Below are positions 20,347 to 33,856 of a DNA stretch of 64,000 nucleotides, piece after piece. Source of the DNA: Leucoraja ocellata (lineage: Eukaryota); NCBI GenBank assembly GCA_036785375.1, contig JAWMAR010000502.1:1116001-1180000 (forward strand), read 5' to 3'. Under the pieces are notes generated by a model. The model searched no databases. It was not told the DNA's origin and worked only from the letters and a program-made list of their open reading frames with translations. The position numbers were made by a program, and so were the translations under genes. Numbering within the stretch: the stretch's first letter is position 1; every line of letters begins with the position of its first letter.

Positions 20347-23300
20347 GGATCGGATTTAACCTTAGATTTGTGTTACGCAATACTATTCTTGGAAGAATTC
20401 GGTGAAGGGTGTCCATGTCTTGAAAAATTGATCTGGTTTTTCTGCCAAGACAAGCCTAATGTTTTCCAAATGTAGTGTCTCGTACATGTTTGTAATCCAT
20501 ATCTTCACTGCAGGGACTGTTGGTTGTTTCCAAAATTTAAGTATTAATTTTTTCGCCGTTATCAGGCCATTGTTAAGGAAACGTCTGAAATAGTGCTGGC
20601 TTAGAAAAGGCTTCTGACATACCTAATGTGATCAATGTTATGTCGGGGTTCAATTTTAGAAAATATATCAAAAATTCCCCTCCAGAAGTTGTGTAATTTT
20701 GTACAGGAAGCAAAGGAATGGGTTATGGTTGGAGGAGACATTTATCACAAATAGGGGAGACATTTGGGAAGATCTTATTCAATTTAGACTTTGAGTAATA
20801 AAGTCTATGCAGTATTTTAAATAGAATTAGCGAGTGCCTAACATTAAGAGAAACGTTGTGTATATATAGAAGGCTTTCCTCCCAACTATCTTTTAAAATT
20901 GTTAGACCCAGTTCACCTTCCCAAGCTCGCCTAATTATTTCCGACGATGGAGTTTGTAATTTTAAAAGGGTATTATAAAGGTACGATTTTAACTTATTTG
21001 AATCCGACTTTCTATTCATGCATTCATCTAGTAAATCTGGAACCATATATTAACAGTCTTGTGTATGTGATTTCACATAGTCTCGTATTTGAAGATATCT
21101 AAAGTATTGGCTACCTTTCAGATGATATTTCGACTGTAATTCTTGAAATGAGAGGAGAGTCCCCATCTCATAAAGGTCTCCCAGCTTTTTAATTCCTAAG
21201 CTTTCCCATTGTACACACGCCTTGTCTAAAGTAGACGGTTTAAACGAGGGATTATTGGCGATTAGAGGAGAGATAAATTTCTCAATTTGAGGGTTGATTT
21301 CAACTGTTTCCAGATTCATAAGGTGATATGGATTATCGGGTTTTTCTCATACGTTGAATTCTTCAGATTTATTGGAGAAAGAATCGCACCTATATTGAAA
21401 GGCAAACAATCTTCCCTCTCCATATTTAGCCAGTTTACTTGTTGGCATGTATCGTCCATCCAATAAATTAAATTTTTAATGTTCGTTGCCCAGCAATAGT
21501 AAAAAAATTAGGGAAAACCAGTCCGCTGATTTCTTTAGGTTTGCATAAATGTCCTTTGTGAATTCTGTGAGTTTTATAATCCCAGATAAAGTTTGTAATT
21601 GCAGAATCGTTTTTTTGGGAGAAAATCGGTATTGATTAAAATAGGTACAGGATTTGTGGAAGGAAAATCATCTTTATGGCATTTATTCTACCTATAAGGG
21701 AGATCGGAAGTGTTTTCCAAAATTGAATAAGGGCATTTAATTTGGTGATTAATGGTGGAAAATCTGCTTGAAATAAAGAGGAGTATTTTCTAATCACGTA
21801 AATTCCAAGATATTTAAATGTTTCCGAAGTAATTCTAAAGGGAAATTTTAGAAGGTGTGTTGGGTCCTGAGGTTTTATCGACATAATTTCACTTTTGTTC
21901 CAGTTTATTCCATACCCTGAAAAGGAGCTAAATTCTTCTATAAGATTTAGTATGTTTGTAATATTAAGTTGGGAGTTGGTAATATATAATAGTACATCGT
22001 CTGCATACAACGATATCTTATTATTCGAATATTTAATATTATAGCCGTGAATGTTCAGATGTACTCTTATACTTTCAGCTAAGGGTTCAATTGCAAGGGC
22101 AAATAACAGTGGTGATAATGCACACCCTTGTCTATTGCCCCTGGCTAATTGAAATTTAGGTGAGAGTGTTTGATTAGTCAGTATTCTGGCAGTCGGCTTG
22201 TTATATAACAACTTTATCCATGAAATAAAATTTTCTCCTAGTTGAAATTTTTGCAATACTATGAAGAGATATTCCCATTCTACTTGGTCGAATGCTTTTT
22301 CTGCATCTAATGAAATGATTGATAAGTCTTCTTTTATCGTTCTATGCGAGTACATTATATAAAACAGGCGTCTCAAGTTATTGAACGAGTGTCTTGAGTA
22401 TAAACCCAGTTTGATTAGGGTGTATTAATTTTCTAACATATTTAGTCTTCTTGCCAGAGTTTTAGCTAATATTTTCTGGTCTGTATTTAGAAGAGCTATT
22501 GCTCTATATGATCCTGGCTCATCGAGATCTTTATCTTTTTTGGGTGTCTGTGTGATAGTTGATTCGGCTAAAGTTTGTGGTAGCGTCAGTTCTTTAAATG
22601 CGTGTATATAAAGGGCTTGTAAATGAGGAGAGATTAATTCATGATTTTTTTAATAAAATTTGTTATAAACCCATCTGGGCCTGGCGTTTTACCATTATTC
22701 AGTGATTTAATAGTCTCTTCAATGTCTTTTATTGTGATCTGCGCTCCTAGTTCTTCATGTTCCGCCGCATTAAGTGACGGAAGATTGCAATTGTCAAGGA
22801 AGATTTTAATCTTTATTGTTTCTTCGGAAGTTTTAGATGTGTATACATTTTGATAGAATTGTAAAAATCCTTCATTGATATCTTTAGGGAGTGTAAACAA
22901 CTCACCTTTTTCTGATTTAATTTTTTGAATGGTATGATCTTTTTCCATTTTTCTCTCTGGCGTGCCAGAAGTTTGTGCAGTTTATCACCGAATTCAAAGT
23001 TTTTTGGCTTAGTATTTTGAAATAACTTGATAACTCTTGCAGAGATAATTTGATTTAACTTGAATTTTAATACTGCTATCTTATTATGTTTATCCATAGA
23101 AGGATCAGTAGCATTTTCTGAATCAATCTGTCTAATCTGTTCTTCTAATTCCAATTGTTCCGTCCTATTCTTTTTATTTTGATATGCTTGATATGAGATA
23201 ATAGAACCTCTAATAAAGGCCTTAAAAGATTTCCATAATAACGAGGCCGAAATACCTGGTGTGTCATTTATCTCACAAAATAATTCCATCTGTTGCTTCA

Positions 23301-23447
23301 AATATTCACAGCAAACTGGGTTGGTTAATATTGGAGGATTAAATCTCCAGAACATTTTTTTATTGTACATTTCTTCTAATTTTAAGGAGAATGTTAAAGG
23401 GCAATGATCAGAAATAATATTATTATGATATTTGGGATTTGTTGTTG
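20347..23447 (-). mobile_element. L1-clade LINE ORF2 (5'-truncated, frameshifted)
   Basis: End of the APE domain (ISDHCP), WRFNP, GKTPGPDG, LDAEKAFD, GNRQGCALSPLLF, LYADD and C-terminal SPICDKC. Confidence 0.92.
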
Positions 23448-23559
23448 GATCCTCTATCCTCTACCACACCCGTTTCTATTTACCCATCATCTCTCCCTTA
23501 CTTCATTCCAATTATTACTTCCTTACTTATCAGTTTCCAGTATCTTGTGTTGACATTTA

Positions 23560-23830
23560 TAGTCATAGAGTGAAACAGTGTTGAGACAGGCCCTTTGGCC
23601 CAACTTGCCCACCCCGGTCAATGCACTAGTCCTACTTGTCCATATCCCTCCAAACTTGTCCTATCCATGTACCTGTCTAACTGTTTCTTGAATGTTGGGA
23701 TAGTCCCGGCCTCAACTACCTCCTCTGGCATCTTGTTCCATACACCCACCACCCTTTGTGTGAAAAAGTTACCCCTCAGATTCCTATTAAATCTTTTGCC
23801 CTTCACCTTAAACCTATGTCCTCTGGTCAA
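23560..23830 (-). mobile_element. CR1 LINE 3' end
   Basis: TRGHRFKVKGKRFNRNLRGNFFTQRVVGVWNKMP. Confidence 0.9.
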
Positions 23831-23852
23831 AGGATTATCTTCCAAACTCTCT

Positions 23853-24388
23853 TAGAAACATAGAAACATAGAAAATAGGTGCAGGAGTAGGCCATTCGGC
23901 CCTTCGAGCCTGCACTGCCATTCAATATGATCATGGCTGATCATCCAACTCGGTATCCTGTTCCTGCCTTCTCTCCATACCCCCTGATCCCTTTAGCCAC
24001 AAGGGCCACATCTAACTCCCTCTTAAATATAGCCAATGAACGTATCCTTAAACTATGACCCCTTATTCTGGACTTCCCCAACATCGGGAACAATCTTCCT
24101 GCATCTAGCCTGTCCAACCCCTTAAGAATTTTGTAAGTTACTATAAGATCCCCCCTCAATCTTCTAAATTCTAGCAAGTACAAACCGAGTCTATCCAATG
24201 TTTCTTCATATGAAAGTCCTGACATCCCAGGAATCAGTCTGGTGAACCTTCTCTGTACTCCCTCTCTGGCAAGAATGTCTTTCCTCAGATTAGGAGACCA
24301 AAACTGTACACAATACTTCAGGTGTGGGCTCACCAAGACCCTGTACAACTGCAGTAGAACCTCCCTGCTCCTATACTCAAATCCTTTT
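23853..24388 (-). mobile_element. CR1 LINE 3' fragment, second subfamily
   Basis: LVSPHLKYCVQFWSP...RRLRGDLI; (CTATGTTT)n tail. Confidence 0.9.
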
Positions 24389-25744
24389 GCTCCTCTTCCT
24401 CCACATCACTTTCCCCTTGCCCCACCTGGCGTCTCCCTCTTTCCTTATGTTTCTATCTACTACCTATCAGCCAGTCTCCCAACCATCCATTCCACCCAGC
24501 CTCCAACGCCACTTCCACTGCCTCATCCTGCACTCCGTCCCTCTCCTCCCCCAAAGACTTAGCTCCTTTTGCCAGAGATTCTGAGAGCAATTGAAAAATA
24601 GATGCTGAGAAGTTGTTTCCTCCTGTAGGAGGGTCGAGAGCAAGGGCCTCATAGCCTCAGGATAAGGGGTTGACACTGATCAGCCGTGGACTTGTAAATC
24701 TTTGGAAATCTCATTTTCATAACACTGCAATTGCCTAATTAAAGGCATTGCCAAGGCTGAGATTAACAGGTGTTTTGATTCTGAGTAAATGGGGATTGTG
24801 TAAAAAACAGAATTGAGATAGCCACAATTAGATAGTCCATACAATCAGCCACTATTGTGTTGACTATCTAAGCAGGCTTGAGGATGCTGCTCTTGTATCC
24901 TATGTTCACATTCGTACGTGATTTCTAGACACTCAGGCATTGGCATTTACATTTCAGTAACTGAAATTGTGATACAAGAAGTAGAACTGCAAGAGGCAAT
25001 CCAAATGATTAAAATTACTTCCTGACAATTGTTGCATTAGAATTGCAAATAAAATATTTTTCAGTCTCATATCATTATGGACATGAAAACCAAATGCTAA
25101 GATTGTACATCATCCTCAGATCAGCATCACTGGTTAGTTTATCATTACAGCAAATGTCATGTGCTATGCTGAATGTGATGCTGTGCCTTATAAATAGAAA
25201 CACTTTACCTCTCACCTACGTATATAGGATACATCCGTGCTATTTAAAAAAAAAAACAATTCTCATCTGGAGATTAAATATATATGGAAAGACATCAATT
25301 ACACTTGCATATCATTTCCTACCAATTCAACAATGATGAGCCATGACCTACATCTTAGACAATCAGAATGATTTATTGAGTGGAATTAGGCCATTCAGCC
25401 CAATTTGTGACATACAGCCATAAAGAGAGTAGATCAGAGTAACGACAGTTCTCTATTGTTCATCGGTTGAACTGCCGATAAGTGTCCATCCAGGCTTTTC
25501 ATTTATGTGAAGAGGGCTTTGTAGAAAATGTAGAAAGTATCATTATTACTAGATAGAAGGTAGGTAGTTTCAGTAAGCGGCCATTATGGTATATAGCATT
25601 ACCGAGTGTATACTTACTCTGCGAGCTTCATGCAAACAAGGAATTTCTTTGCACCCTATTGACAAATGACCCCATGACAATAAATTAATCTGAATTTGAA
25701 TGTGTGGACACGGATTTTATACCTTGGAATATAGGAGGCTTAAA

Positions 25745-27465
25745 GAGAGCACCGCAAACATTGAGCACAGCAAACCATTTCAAATCTTGTAACCAGAGTA
25801 AACATCAACGAATTTCAGCAGAATTTTAAGCTTTGCGATATCTGCATTCTGGAGCTAGAGAGCTTCTCTACATCTTCAATCAATAACTATAACCAGCATT
25901 ATATTAATGTTTAGAATTGTTGCAAATAGTGTTGTCAAACATATTTAATCAATTGCAATTATGCATATCGATTTGCACTTTTATTTATCAGTTGAGACAA
26001 TTTCCACGATCCACGCATCCAACAGAGGTGGCGAAAGCTCAGTTATGAACACTTTATTTCTAGTTTTAAAGCTCTGGTTTCAAGATCTGCTTTTTAAGAG
26101 TTAATTAGACATTAAAATATGCTCTGGCACTCCAGTATAACACTCAGGTGGTTTTGCACTCTCAAGAGGTATGACCCAACAGATGATATGTCAAATTGAA
26201 GCCTCATCAACCCACTGCTGTGCTCCACAGTTACACCGATTCTCCGCCCATATTAGGGGGGAAATTTACATCAGCCATTTAACCTACAAATCAGCAGGCC
26301 TTTGGGATGTGGGAGGAAACCAGCTTGCTTGGAGACAGTAATGCCTCCAGCCACACATCTTTAAAAATCAGCATTGATTAAATATGGTTGATCTCTACAT
26401 GCAGCATATCCTAAAATTTAAATGCTGCTGGCAATAGCTTTTGATTAAAGATTTAGAGATGCACCTTCTCTCCAGAGTGTTTAATTACAAACACTGCACA
26501 CCTCAAAATCTGCTGAATTTCATTGATGCACTTATTTACTCTGGTTATAAGAAATGAAATAGTTAATCACCTCACTTTGTTGTGCTCTTTTAAATAAACT
26601 AAACCTATTGTATTTTAGGATTGAGGACCACGCATTCACATTCAGCACAGAGCTATTTTTACCAACACCGTTTCACTCTCCAGAAAATATGACAAAGCTG
26701 CAATATTATCTGGTCTAACAACCTGACAAATTGGAGATCTTCTACTCGCTAGCATGTAATGAAGTCATCAAATCCCATAGGCGATTCATTGGAAGGAAGC
26801 AAACCCAACTGCTGTCCTTGGAGAGATGAGCTGTGGGGAACAGCACAATTATTTCAAATTCTTTCACTAAAATGATGTCTTGAAAACGATCTTGTAATGT
26901 GATACAAAATACACCAGAGTAGCAGCCTGGAGCTGAATAGTTCATGGTGATGATAGATGGGTTTGCAATAGATGTCAGGAAGTATTTATTTGCATAGAGG
27001 GTATTTAACAATTGTGAAGAGTTAGCTGAAGGAAGTAATTCATCAGCGTACTTTGTAACTTTGATGTGACATTGTTGCTTCCTAAAATGTGGGCTTATTG
27101 CCGTTTCTATCATATTTAAATTGTGCTCACTTTAGTTATAAATAGTTTTGACATGTTCTGACAAGTTTCTGTACTGAACATAAAGTTAAAACATTTCAGA
27201 TCATGATTCTATTTTCACACCCCTGACTGCCCCCTCCCACATAAACCTTCCACACCCATCCTTTGCAATGAATCAACAATGTTAGAAATACTCAGCAAAA
27301 ACATGGAGCGAGAATCAGGATAAACATTTCAATTGATCAGTTCAGAATGGCAGGAGGTGGCCATTTGGCCAATTGAGCTCATGTGTGTGCAATCAAACTA
27401 GTTCACTCCTCACAGGTTAGAAGGTTCCTTCCAGGTTCCTATCCAGTTTCTTTATACCATGTTAA
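25745..27465 (+). repeat. Old tandem segmental duplication, copy 1
   Basis: 25745-26410 aligns with 27705-28410 and 26642-27465 with 29518-30376, with many substitutions and indels. Confidence 0.88.
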
Positions 27466-27704
27466 CAAACGGAGACTAACTTTTGAAGTTTTCTTTGTTT
27501 CATTGAACACTGTTGAATCATGTGTGTGAACCAGAACCCTCTCATAAATGGTGCCCATCCATGGCCAGATTGTAATCCCAGGCACAATGAATGACATTTC
27601 ATAGAATTTCGTTGCACCCTGGTGTGTATGATATTAAACTTACCCAAATCTATGGATATGGACTTAGTACCTTAGAATAGATTAGGTTTAGTTTATTAAA
27701 AAGA

Positions 27705-30376
27705 GAACAAAGCACAACAATGAATTATCTCAGATATTGTAACCAGAGTGAATAAGTACAATGAATTTCAGCAGATTGTGAGCCCTGCAGTGTTTGTAAT
27801 GAAGCACTCTGGAGAGAGGGTGCCTCTCTACATCTTCAATCATTAATTAATACCAGCTAATATCATTACTAATATTATTTTAATTTTAGGAAATGCTGCA
27901 AATAGAGATATCAAACATATTTAATCAATTGCAATGTGCATTTCAACTTGCACTTTTATGTTTTAGTTGAGACAATATCCACGAGCCACTCATCCAACAG
28001 TGTTGACAAAGACTCAGTGATGATCACTTCCTCTTGAGTTCGAAAGCTCTGGGTTTGAAGATCTACTGTTGAGAGTTAACCAAAATAAATATGCACTGGC
28101 ATTCTAGTATATTACTCAGGTGGCACTGCACTCTCAAAGATATGACCCAACACAAGATTTGACAAATTGCAGCCTAATTACTTCACCCTTTCTGGCATGC
28201 CCAGCAGCCAAGCAGATTCTCCTACCACCCACCCATACTAGGGGGGAAATTTATAACAGCCGATTAAACTACATCCGTATGTCTTTGGGATGCAGCATGA
28301 AACCAGATGATATGGCTTTCACCAAACAGTCACATTGTGACAGCGATGCCTCCAGACACATGTCATTAAAGATCAGCATTAAACCCATGTTGCTGGCAAC
28401 ATGTGCCAGCAGAAATCCCCGTTGAACCATTGTATACTGCTGTGTTAATCTGACTTTCAACTAAAGCATCGATGCCATGGCTGAAATAGAACCATGGTTA
28501 TCATACAGCATGTAATGTAATAATGTTGTCTATGCTCTAGTAGTACACATCATAACTGGCTATCACAACTATTAACAGACATGTAAGGTAGCCACAGTAT
28601 TAACAGACATGGCAAGGTCTCCACAGTGCCTCAGCTCATCCCATCCATGGATTTGTTCATGTATCACCCTGCGTGTGCTGCCTTACATCAACTTTCAAAA
28701 CACAATGTTTCAATTTGAAAAGTTTCATCCTTGTTTGCAAGAAAACATGGCTTTGACTTTCTCTATCCCCTTATCTCCTCCAAACCTCAGAGGTATCTGT
28801 GCTCCTTTCAGTGCCTTGACCATCCCCAATCATATGACCCATATTGGTGGACATTCACATGCCTTATATTTGTAAGAGGACCATTCGTGGAAAGGAAACA
28901 ACCCCAACGCTGACCTCCACAAACTACAGAGGTATCTCTGAAAGTCAAGCCAGAGATCACAGCTGGCTCCAATTATCCTTTTGTGCCTGGATTTTAATGC
29001 ATTCCCCCAGAGCAATGATCTGTTTGCACAATATAGGAAAAAATTAGCACTACTTCTCAGTCAATGGATGAACACTTAACGCACTGTAGATGGTCCTGCA
29101 AAGATCAAAGAGAAGTAGAATTATTGAAAAGTCCTTATGCGGCACAGTGGCGCAATAGTAGAGTTGCTGCCTTACAGTGTCAGAGAGCTGGGTTCAATCC
29201 CAACTATGGGTGCTGTATGTATGGAGTTTGTGCTTTCTCCATTTGCCTGTGTGGATTTTCTCTAGGTTCTCTGGTTTCTTCCCACACCCAAAGACGTATA
29301 GGTTTGTAGGTTAATTAACCTGTAAAACTGCCCCTAATTTGTAGGATAGTGTTAATGCAAGGGGTGAGCACTGGTTGGCTCAGACTCTGTGGGCCAAAGG
29401 AGCCGTTTCCACACTGTATCTTTAAAGTCTAAAGCAGTGTGGACACAGTAGGCTGTATAGCCTCCTAGTGTACAGTAAATTTCTACCTCCATAACTTCTT
29501 GCTTGTTGCATCCACATGCCACATCTATAAAAATAAATCAGCACAGCGCTATTTTTACCAACACCATTTCACCCTCCTGAGAATAAGACAAAGCTGTAAT
29601 ATTATCTGGTCTAACAATCTGAAAAATTGGAGATCTTCTACTCGCCAGCATGTTATGAAGTCTTCAAAATCCTACAAGCGATAAATTGGAAAGGAACAAC
29701 GCTAATTGCTGTCCTTTGAGAGATGAGCTGTGAGGAACAGCAGGATGATTTCAAATTCTTTCACTTAAAAAAAAAGTCTTAAAAATGAAGTTACAATGTG
29801 ATACAACATACACCAGTGCAACAGCCTGGAGCTGAATAGTTCATTGTGATGATAGGCGAGTTTGCAATAGATGGAAGTATTTATTTGCATAGAGGATATT
29901 TAACAACTGTGAAGGGATGGCTGAAGGAAGCAATTCATGTTCATACCTTGTAACTTTGTGATGTGATATTGCTGCATCTGAAACGTGGCTTCTGTCATAT
30001 TTCAATTTTCTGCACTGCTTTACTGTTATAAATAGTTCAGAATTCTGAACTGATCTCAGAGTTCAACTATTTCATATCACGCTTTTATTACCACACCCCT
30101 GACTGACACCTGCGGTCTTTCCCCCTCCCCCCCCCCCTCATTCCACAAACACCATCTTCTACCCACCTGACACAGCAATGTTGGAAATATTCAGCAAAAA
30201 CATCCATGGAGCGCAAATTAGAATTAGCACTTCAGGTTGATCAGAATGACAGATAGGTTGCAGCATGCAAGGAGGACATTTGGCTTATTGAGTTCATGTC
30301 CAAGCAATCCAACTAGCAGGGTAGAAAAATTCTTCCAGACACTTATCCAACTTTGTTAATATTACATGTTAACAAA
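27705..30376 (+). repeat. Old tandem segmental duplication, copy 2 (non-aligning middle about 28410-29517, including a SINE)
   Basis: Shared blocks include TATTTTTACCAACACC, AATATTATCTGGTCTAACAA and GGAAGTATTTATTTGCATAGAGG. Confidence 0.88.
29140..29433 (+). mobile_element. HE1-like tRNA-derived SINE
   Basis: GCGGCACAGTGGCGCA...GGGTTCAATCC...GTTTCCACACTGTATCTTTAAA. Confidence 0.85.
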
Positions 30377-30917
30377 AGGAGGAGGCTGACATTTGGGCAG
30401 TTTTCAAAATCTCATGCCATCTTTGCTTCCAAGATACAAAAGGAGTTGACGGATTTCTTATGGGGCAAGAGGAAGCACTGGATGTCTGTAAATCTCTGCT
30501 AGTTGATCTGCACAGGTCTCAAGGATGCGACCAGGAACTCCAACCAGGCCTGTTGCTTTCTGTGTATTCACCCTCTAGAAGGCTGATCTTTCATCTACCA
30601 AGACTGTTGAGCCAGGTGATATTCCTCCACTGACCTTCTGTTCAAAGGGGCCAAAGGAGCTCAGTGGAAAGGGATCCATTGTGCCAGAAATACTGCCTGC
30701 CTTTTCTTTGCAGCTCATTTAGTGTCTATATCTTGCCAATATACTGGTGTCCATATCATTGCCAAAAGAGAATTCCCTCTTGGCTCTCTTAATGACTCTG
30801 GAAAGGTCATAGATAGATTTATTGCTCTGCTCTGTGTCCTTTCACTTGAACGCTGTGGACTTCAATTTCATCTGGGAGGTGACCTCACGGTTCATCCGTG
30901 ATTTATGGTTTTGGAAC

Positions 30918-31625
30918 GTCCCAGCTGCACTAGTCCCACCTGCCTGTGCTTGGTTCATATACCTCCAAACCTGTCCTATCCATGTACCTGCGTAACTGTT
31001 TCTTAAACGTTGGGATAGTCCCAGTCTCAACTACCTCATCTGGCAGCTTGTTCCATACACCCACCACCCTTTGTGTGAAAAAGTGACCCCTCAGATTCCT
31101 ATTAAATCTTTTCCCCTTCACCTTGAACCTACTGCATGTTCTCTGGTCCTCAATTCCCCTACTCTTGGCAAGAGATTCTGTAAATCTACCCAATCCATTT
31201 CTCTCATAATTTTGTACACCTCTATAAGATCACTCTTCATACTCCTGCACTCCTCAAGGAATACAGACCCAGCCTACTCAACCTCTCTCTATAGCTCACA
31301 CCCTCTAGTTCTGGCAACATCCTCGTAAATCTGCCCTGAACCATTTCAAGCATGATAATATTTTTCCTATAACACAGTGCCCAGAAATGAACACAATATT
31401 CTAAATTTGGTCTCACCAACGTCTTATACAACTGCAACATGACCTCCCAATTTCTATACTTTATACTCTGACTGATGAAGGCCAATGTGCCAACAGCCTT
31501 TTTGAGCACCTTATCTACCTGTGACTCGACCTTCAAGGAACCGTGCACCTGCACTCCTAGATCGCTCTGCTCTACAATACTCCCCAGAAGCCTACTATTC
31601 ACTGTGTAGGTCCTGCCCTTGTTAG
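30918..31625 (-). mobile_element. CR1 LINE 3' fragment
   Basis: DLGVQVHGSLK...LYKTLVRPNLEYCVHFW...FFTQRVVGVWNKLP. Confidence 0.9.
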
Positions 31626-31644
31626 GCATATCTTCTTCTTTGGT

Positions 31645-32035
31645 ACATATACTTCTCTACACTTCCTTATGAAGTCTGGGACAGCCAGGTTGTTGTGTTG
31701 GCACCATTTGGTCAGTCGTTCGATCTCACTTCTATAATCTGACTCATCCCCATCTTTGATTTGTCCAACCACTGTGGTGTCTTCGGCGAACTTGATGATG
31801 GAGTTCGCACCATGACCGGCTACGCAGTCATGAGTATAGAGTGAGTACAGCAGGGGGGCTGAGCACGGAGCCCTGAGGTGCTCCCATACTAATTATTACT
31901 GAGGATGAAGTGATTCCACCAATTCGAACAGACTGTGGTCTGTGGATAAGGAAGTCGAGGATCCAATTGCAGAGGGATGCGCAGAGACCCAGTTCCGAGC
32001 TTGGTAACCAGCTTGGAAGGGATGATGGTATTAAT
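31645..32035 (-). mobile_element. Rex1/Babar RT fragment
   Basis: Minus strand encodes TIIPSKLVTK, GAPQG and NSIIKFAEDTTVVG. Confidence 0.75.
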
Positions 32036-32049
32036 CTATGAGAAAACTA

Positions 32050-32500
32050 AGCAAAATGATAGTGTCCTCCCCTAGGTCACAACTCCCAACATTGAGGCTC
32101 GTTCATCTCAGTTGGCTATGTTGGGCAGACAGTTTCCGTGCCCAACTCCGGTGAAGAGATTATCAGGTGGATAGAGGAAAAAATTCAAAGAATTGCTGAA
32201 AGCCCCTTTAAAAAATGCAACGTCCCCACTAACCTCCAGGAATATATTGCGCATAGTGACTCAAACTGGAGAAAGAACATTCGAGATGGCATGATGAACC
32301 TCAGCTCCGTGTAATAGCAGCACACAGAGGGGCTTGGCAAGGAAGAGAAGTACTGCACCACCCCCACAAATGGGGCAGATGGTGCCCAATATGGCAGGAG
32401 TCTGCAGTGCCGACATTTACCTCATTAGTCACATTAGAACCCACAAAAGCAGAAAAGGACCAACCTACCCTTGATCCCAAGGGAGTGCCTAAGAGGACAA
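32050..32500 (+). mobile_element. RTE-clade LINE 3' remnant
   Basis: Decayed coding end resembling C-x2-C...LISHIRTH, typical of RTE C-termini. Confidence 0.55.
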
Positions 32501-32870
32501 TGAAAAATGTTGAGACACTTGCCTGACGCAATGATAAATTGGCAAACCATGAAACACACAGCAACCAGAGCCTTTTAATGAGATATAACATAGTTAGCAT
32601 TTTCAATAGGCAATAGTCATTTCAAAATGACCATTTAACATTATTATTGCACAGCACTGATGAGAGTACTAGAGTTGAAAGGAGTGCCTTGGGCAAACCT
32701 TTGTCACTCATATTGATCGTTTAATGACATTTATTTCTTATAAGACCAGTCTTAATTGTGGTGATAATCCCATAAAATAATAACATCCTGTGTGTTAGTT
32801 GCTGTGAGTCGAGTAATTTATTTCTAAATTGTTAGTTAATGCTGAATGCCAGGATTCATGACTGTGGAAG

Positions 32871-32885
32871 AGGTCATAAAGGTCA
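32871..32885 (+). promoter_or_regulatory. Perfect DR3 nuclear-receptor element AGGTCA-TAA-AGGTCA
   Basis: Exact consensus half-sites in apparently non-repetitive DNA; function unproven. Confidence 0.35.
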
Positions 32886-33347
32886 GCAGAAAGAACTCAT
32901 TAACTGAGGAATTCACTTTCTTTTTATTCCATCTACTGTAATGAATTCTTCAGTTAGGATTTATTGCTGGTGTGAGAAAATTACATTCAAGACATTTTCA
33001 TCCGTCATTTATGTAAATCATAAACAATAGAGGTCCCAGCATTGATCTCTGTAGACTGGTCACAGACTTCCAGCCAGAATAACACACTTCTACTCTTACT
33101 CTTTTAGGAGTAAACCCATTCTGAATCCAAACTACAAGTCACTGTGGTCCCATTCATCTTAATCTTCTCCATCAGCCTACCATGAGGCACCTTCTCAAAT
33201 ACCTTACTAAACTCCATGTAGACTGCATCCACTCCACTCCCACTCCAAGTACAATTGCTAGCTTCTCTAAAAACTCAAATTCATAAGACGCCGTGCCCTA
33301 CACAAAAGCCATGCTGACAGTCCCCAAGAGACCTATTCTCTTCCGGA

Positions 33348-33856
33348 CTGCATCTGCTGCTCTAGATGTCAGCTGATCTACATCAGTGAGACTAAGCGGA
33401 GGTTGGGCGATCGTTCAGTCCGCAAGAACCTACCTGACCTCCCGGTGGCTCAGCACTTCAACTCCCCCTCCCATTCCCAATCCGACCTCTCTGTCCTGGG
33501 TCTCCTCCATTGCCAGAGTGAGCAACACAGGAAATTGGAGGAACAGCACCTCATATTCCGCTTGGGGAGCCTGCATCCGGCGGGCATGAACATTGAATTC
33601 TCCCAATTTTGTTAGCCCTTGCTGTCTCCTCCCCTTCCTTAGCCCTTGAGCTGTCTCCTCCCATCCCCCAGCCCTCGGGCTCCTCCTTCTCCTTTCTCCT
33701 TCCTTCTCCCCGCCACCCCCTATCAGTCTGAAGAAGGGTTTCGGCCCGAAACATTATCTATTTCCTTCGCTCCATAGATGCTGCTGCACCCGCTGAGTTT
33801 CTCCAGCATTTTTTTGTATCTTCGATTTTCCAGCATCTGCAGCTCCTTCTTGAACA
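33348..33856 (+). mobile_element. 5'-truncated PLE (GIY-YIG end plus terminal repeat with hammerhead at 33724-33760) inserted in an old CR1
   Basis: 14-bp TSD TATTCTCTTCCGGA at 33334-33347 and 33857-33870; encodes LPVAQHFNSPSH...EEQHLIFRLG. Confidence 0.9.

Noticed and set aside
26742-27113. 123-aa ORF in the duplicated block, or an immunoglobulin V gene behind the octamer
   Set aside because: The frame is broken by indels in the paralogue; no leader, V-domain motifs or heptamer-nonamer RSS.
32657-32690. CTGATGAG...GAAA as a hammerhead core
   Set aside because: No convincing stem II or stem III pairing.
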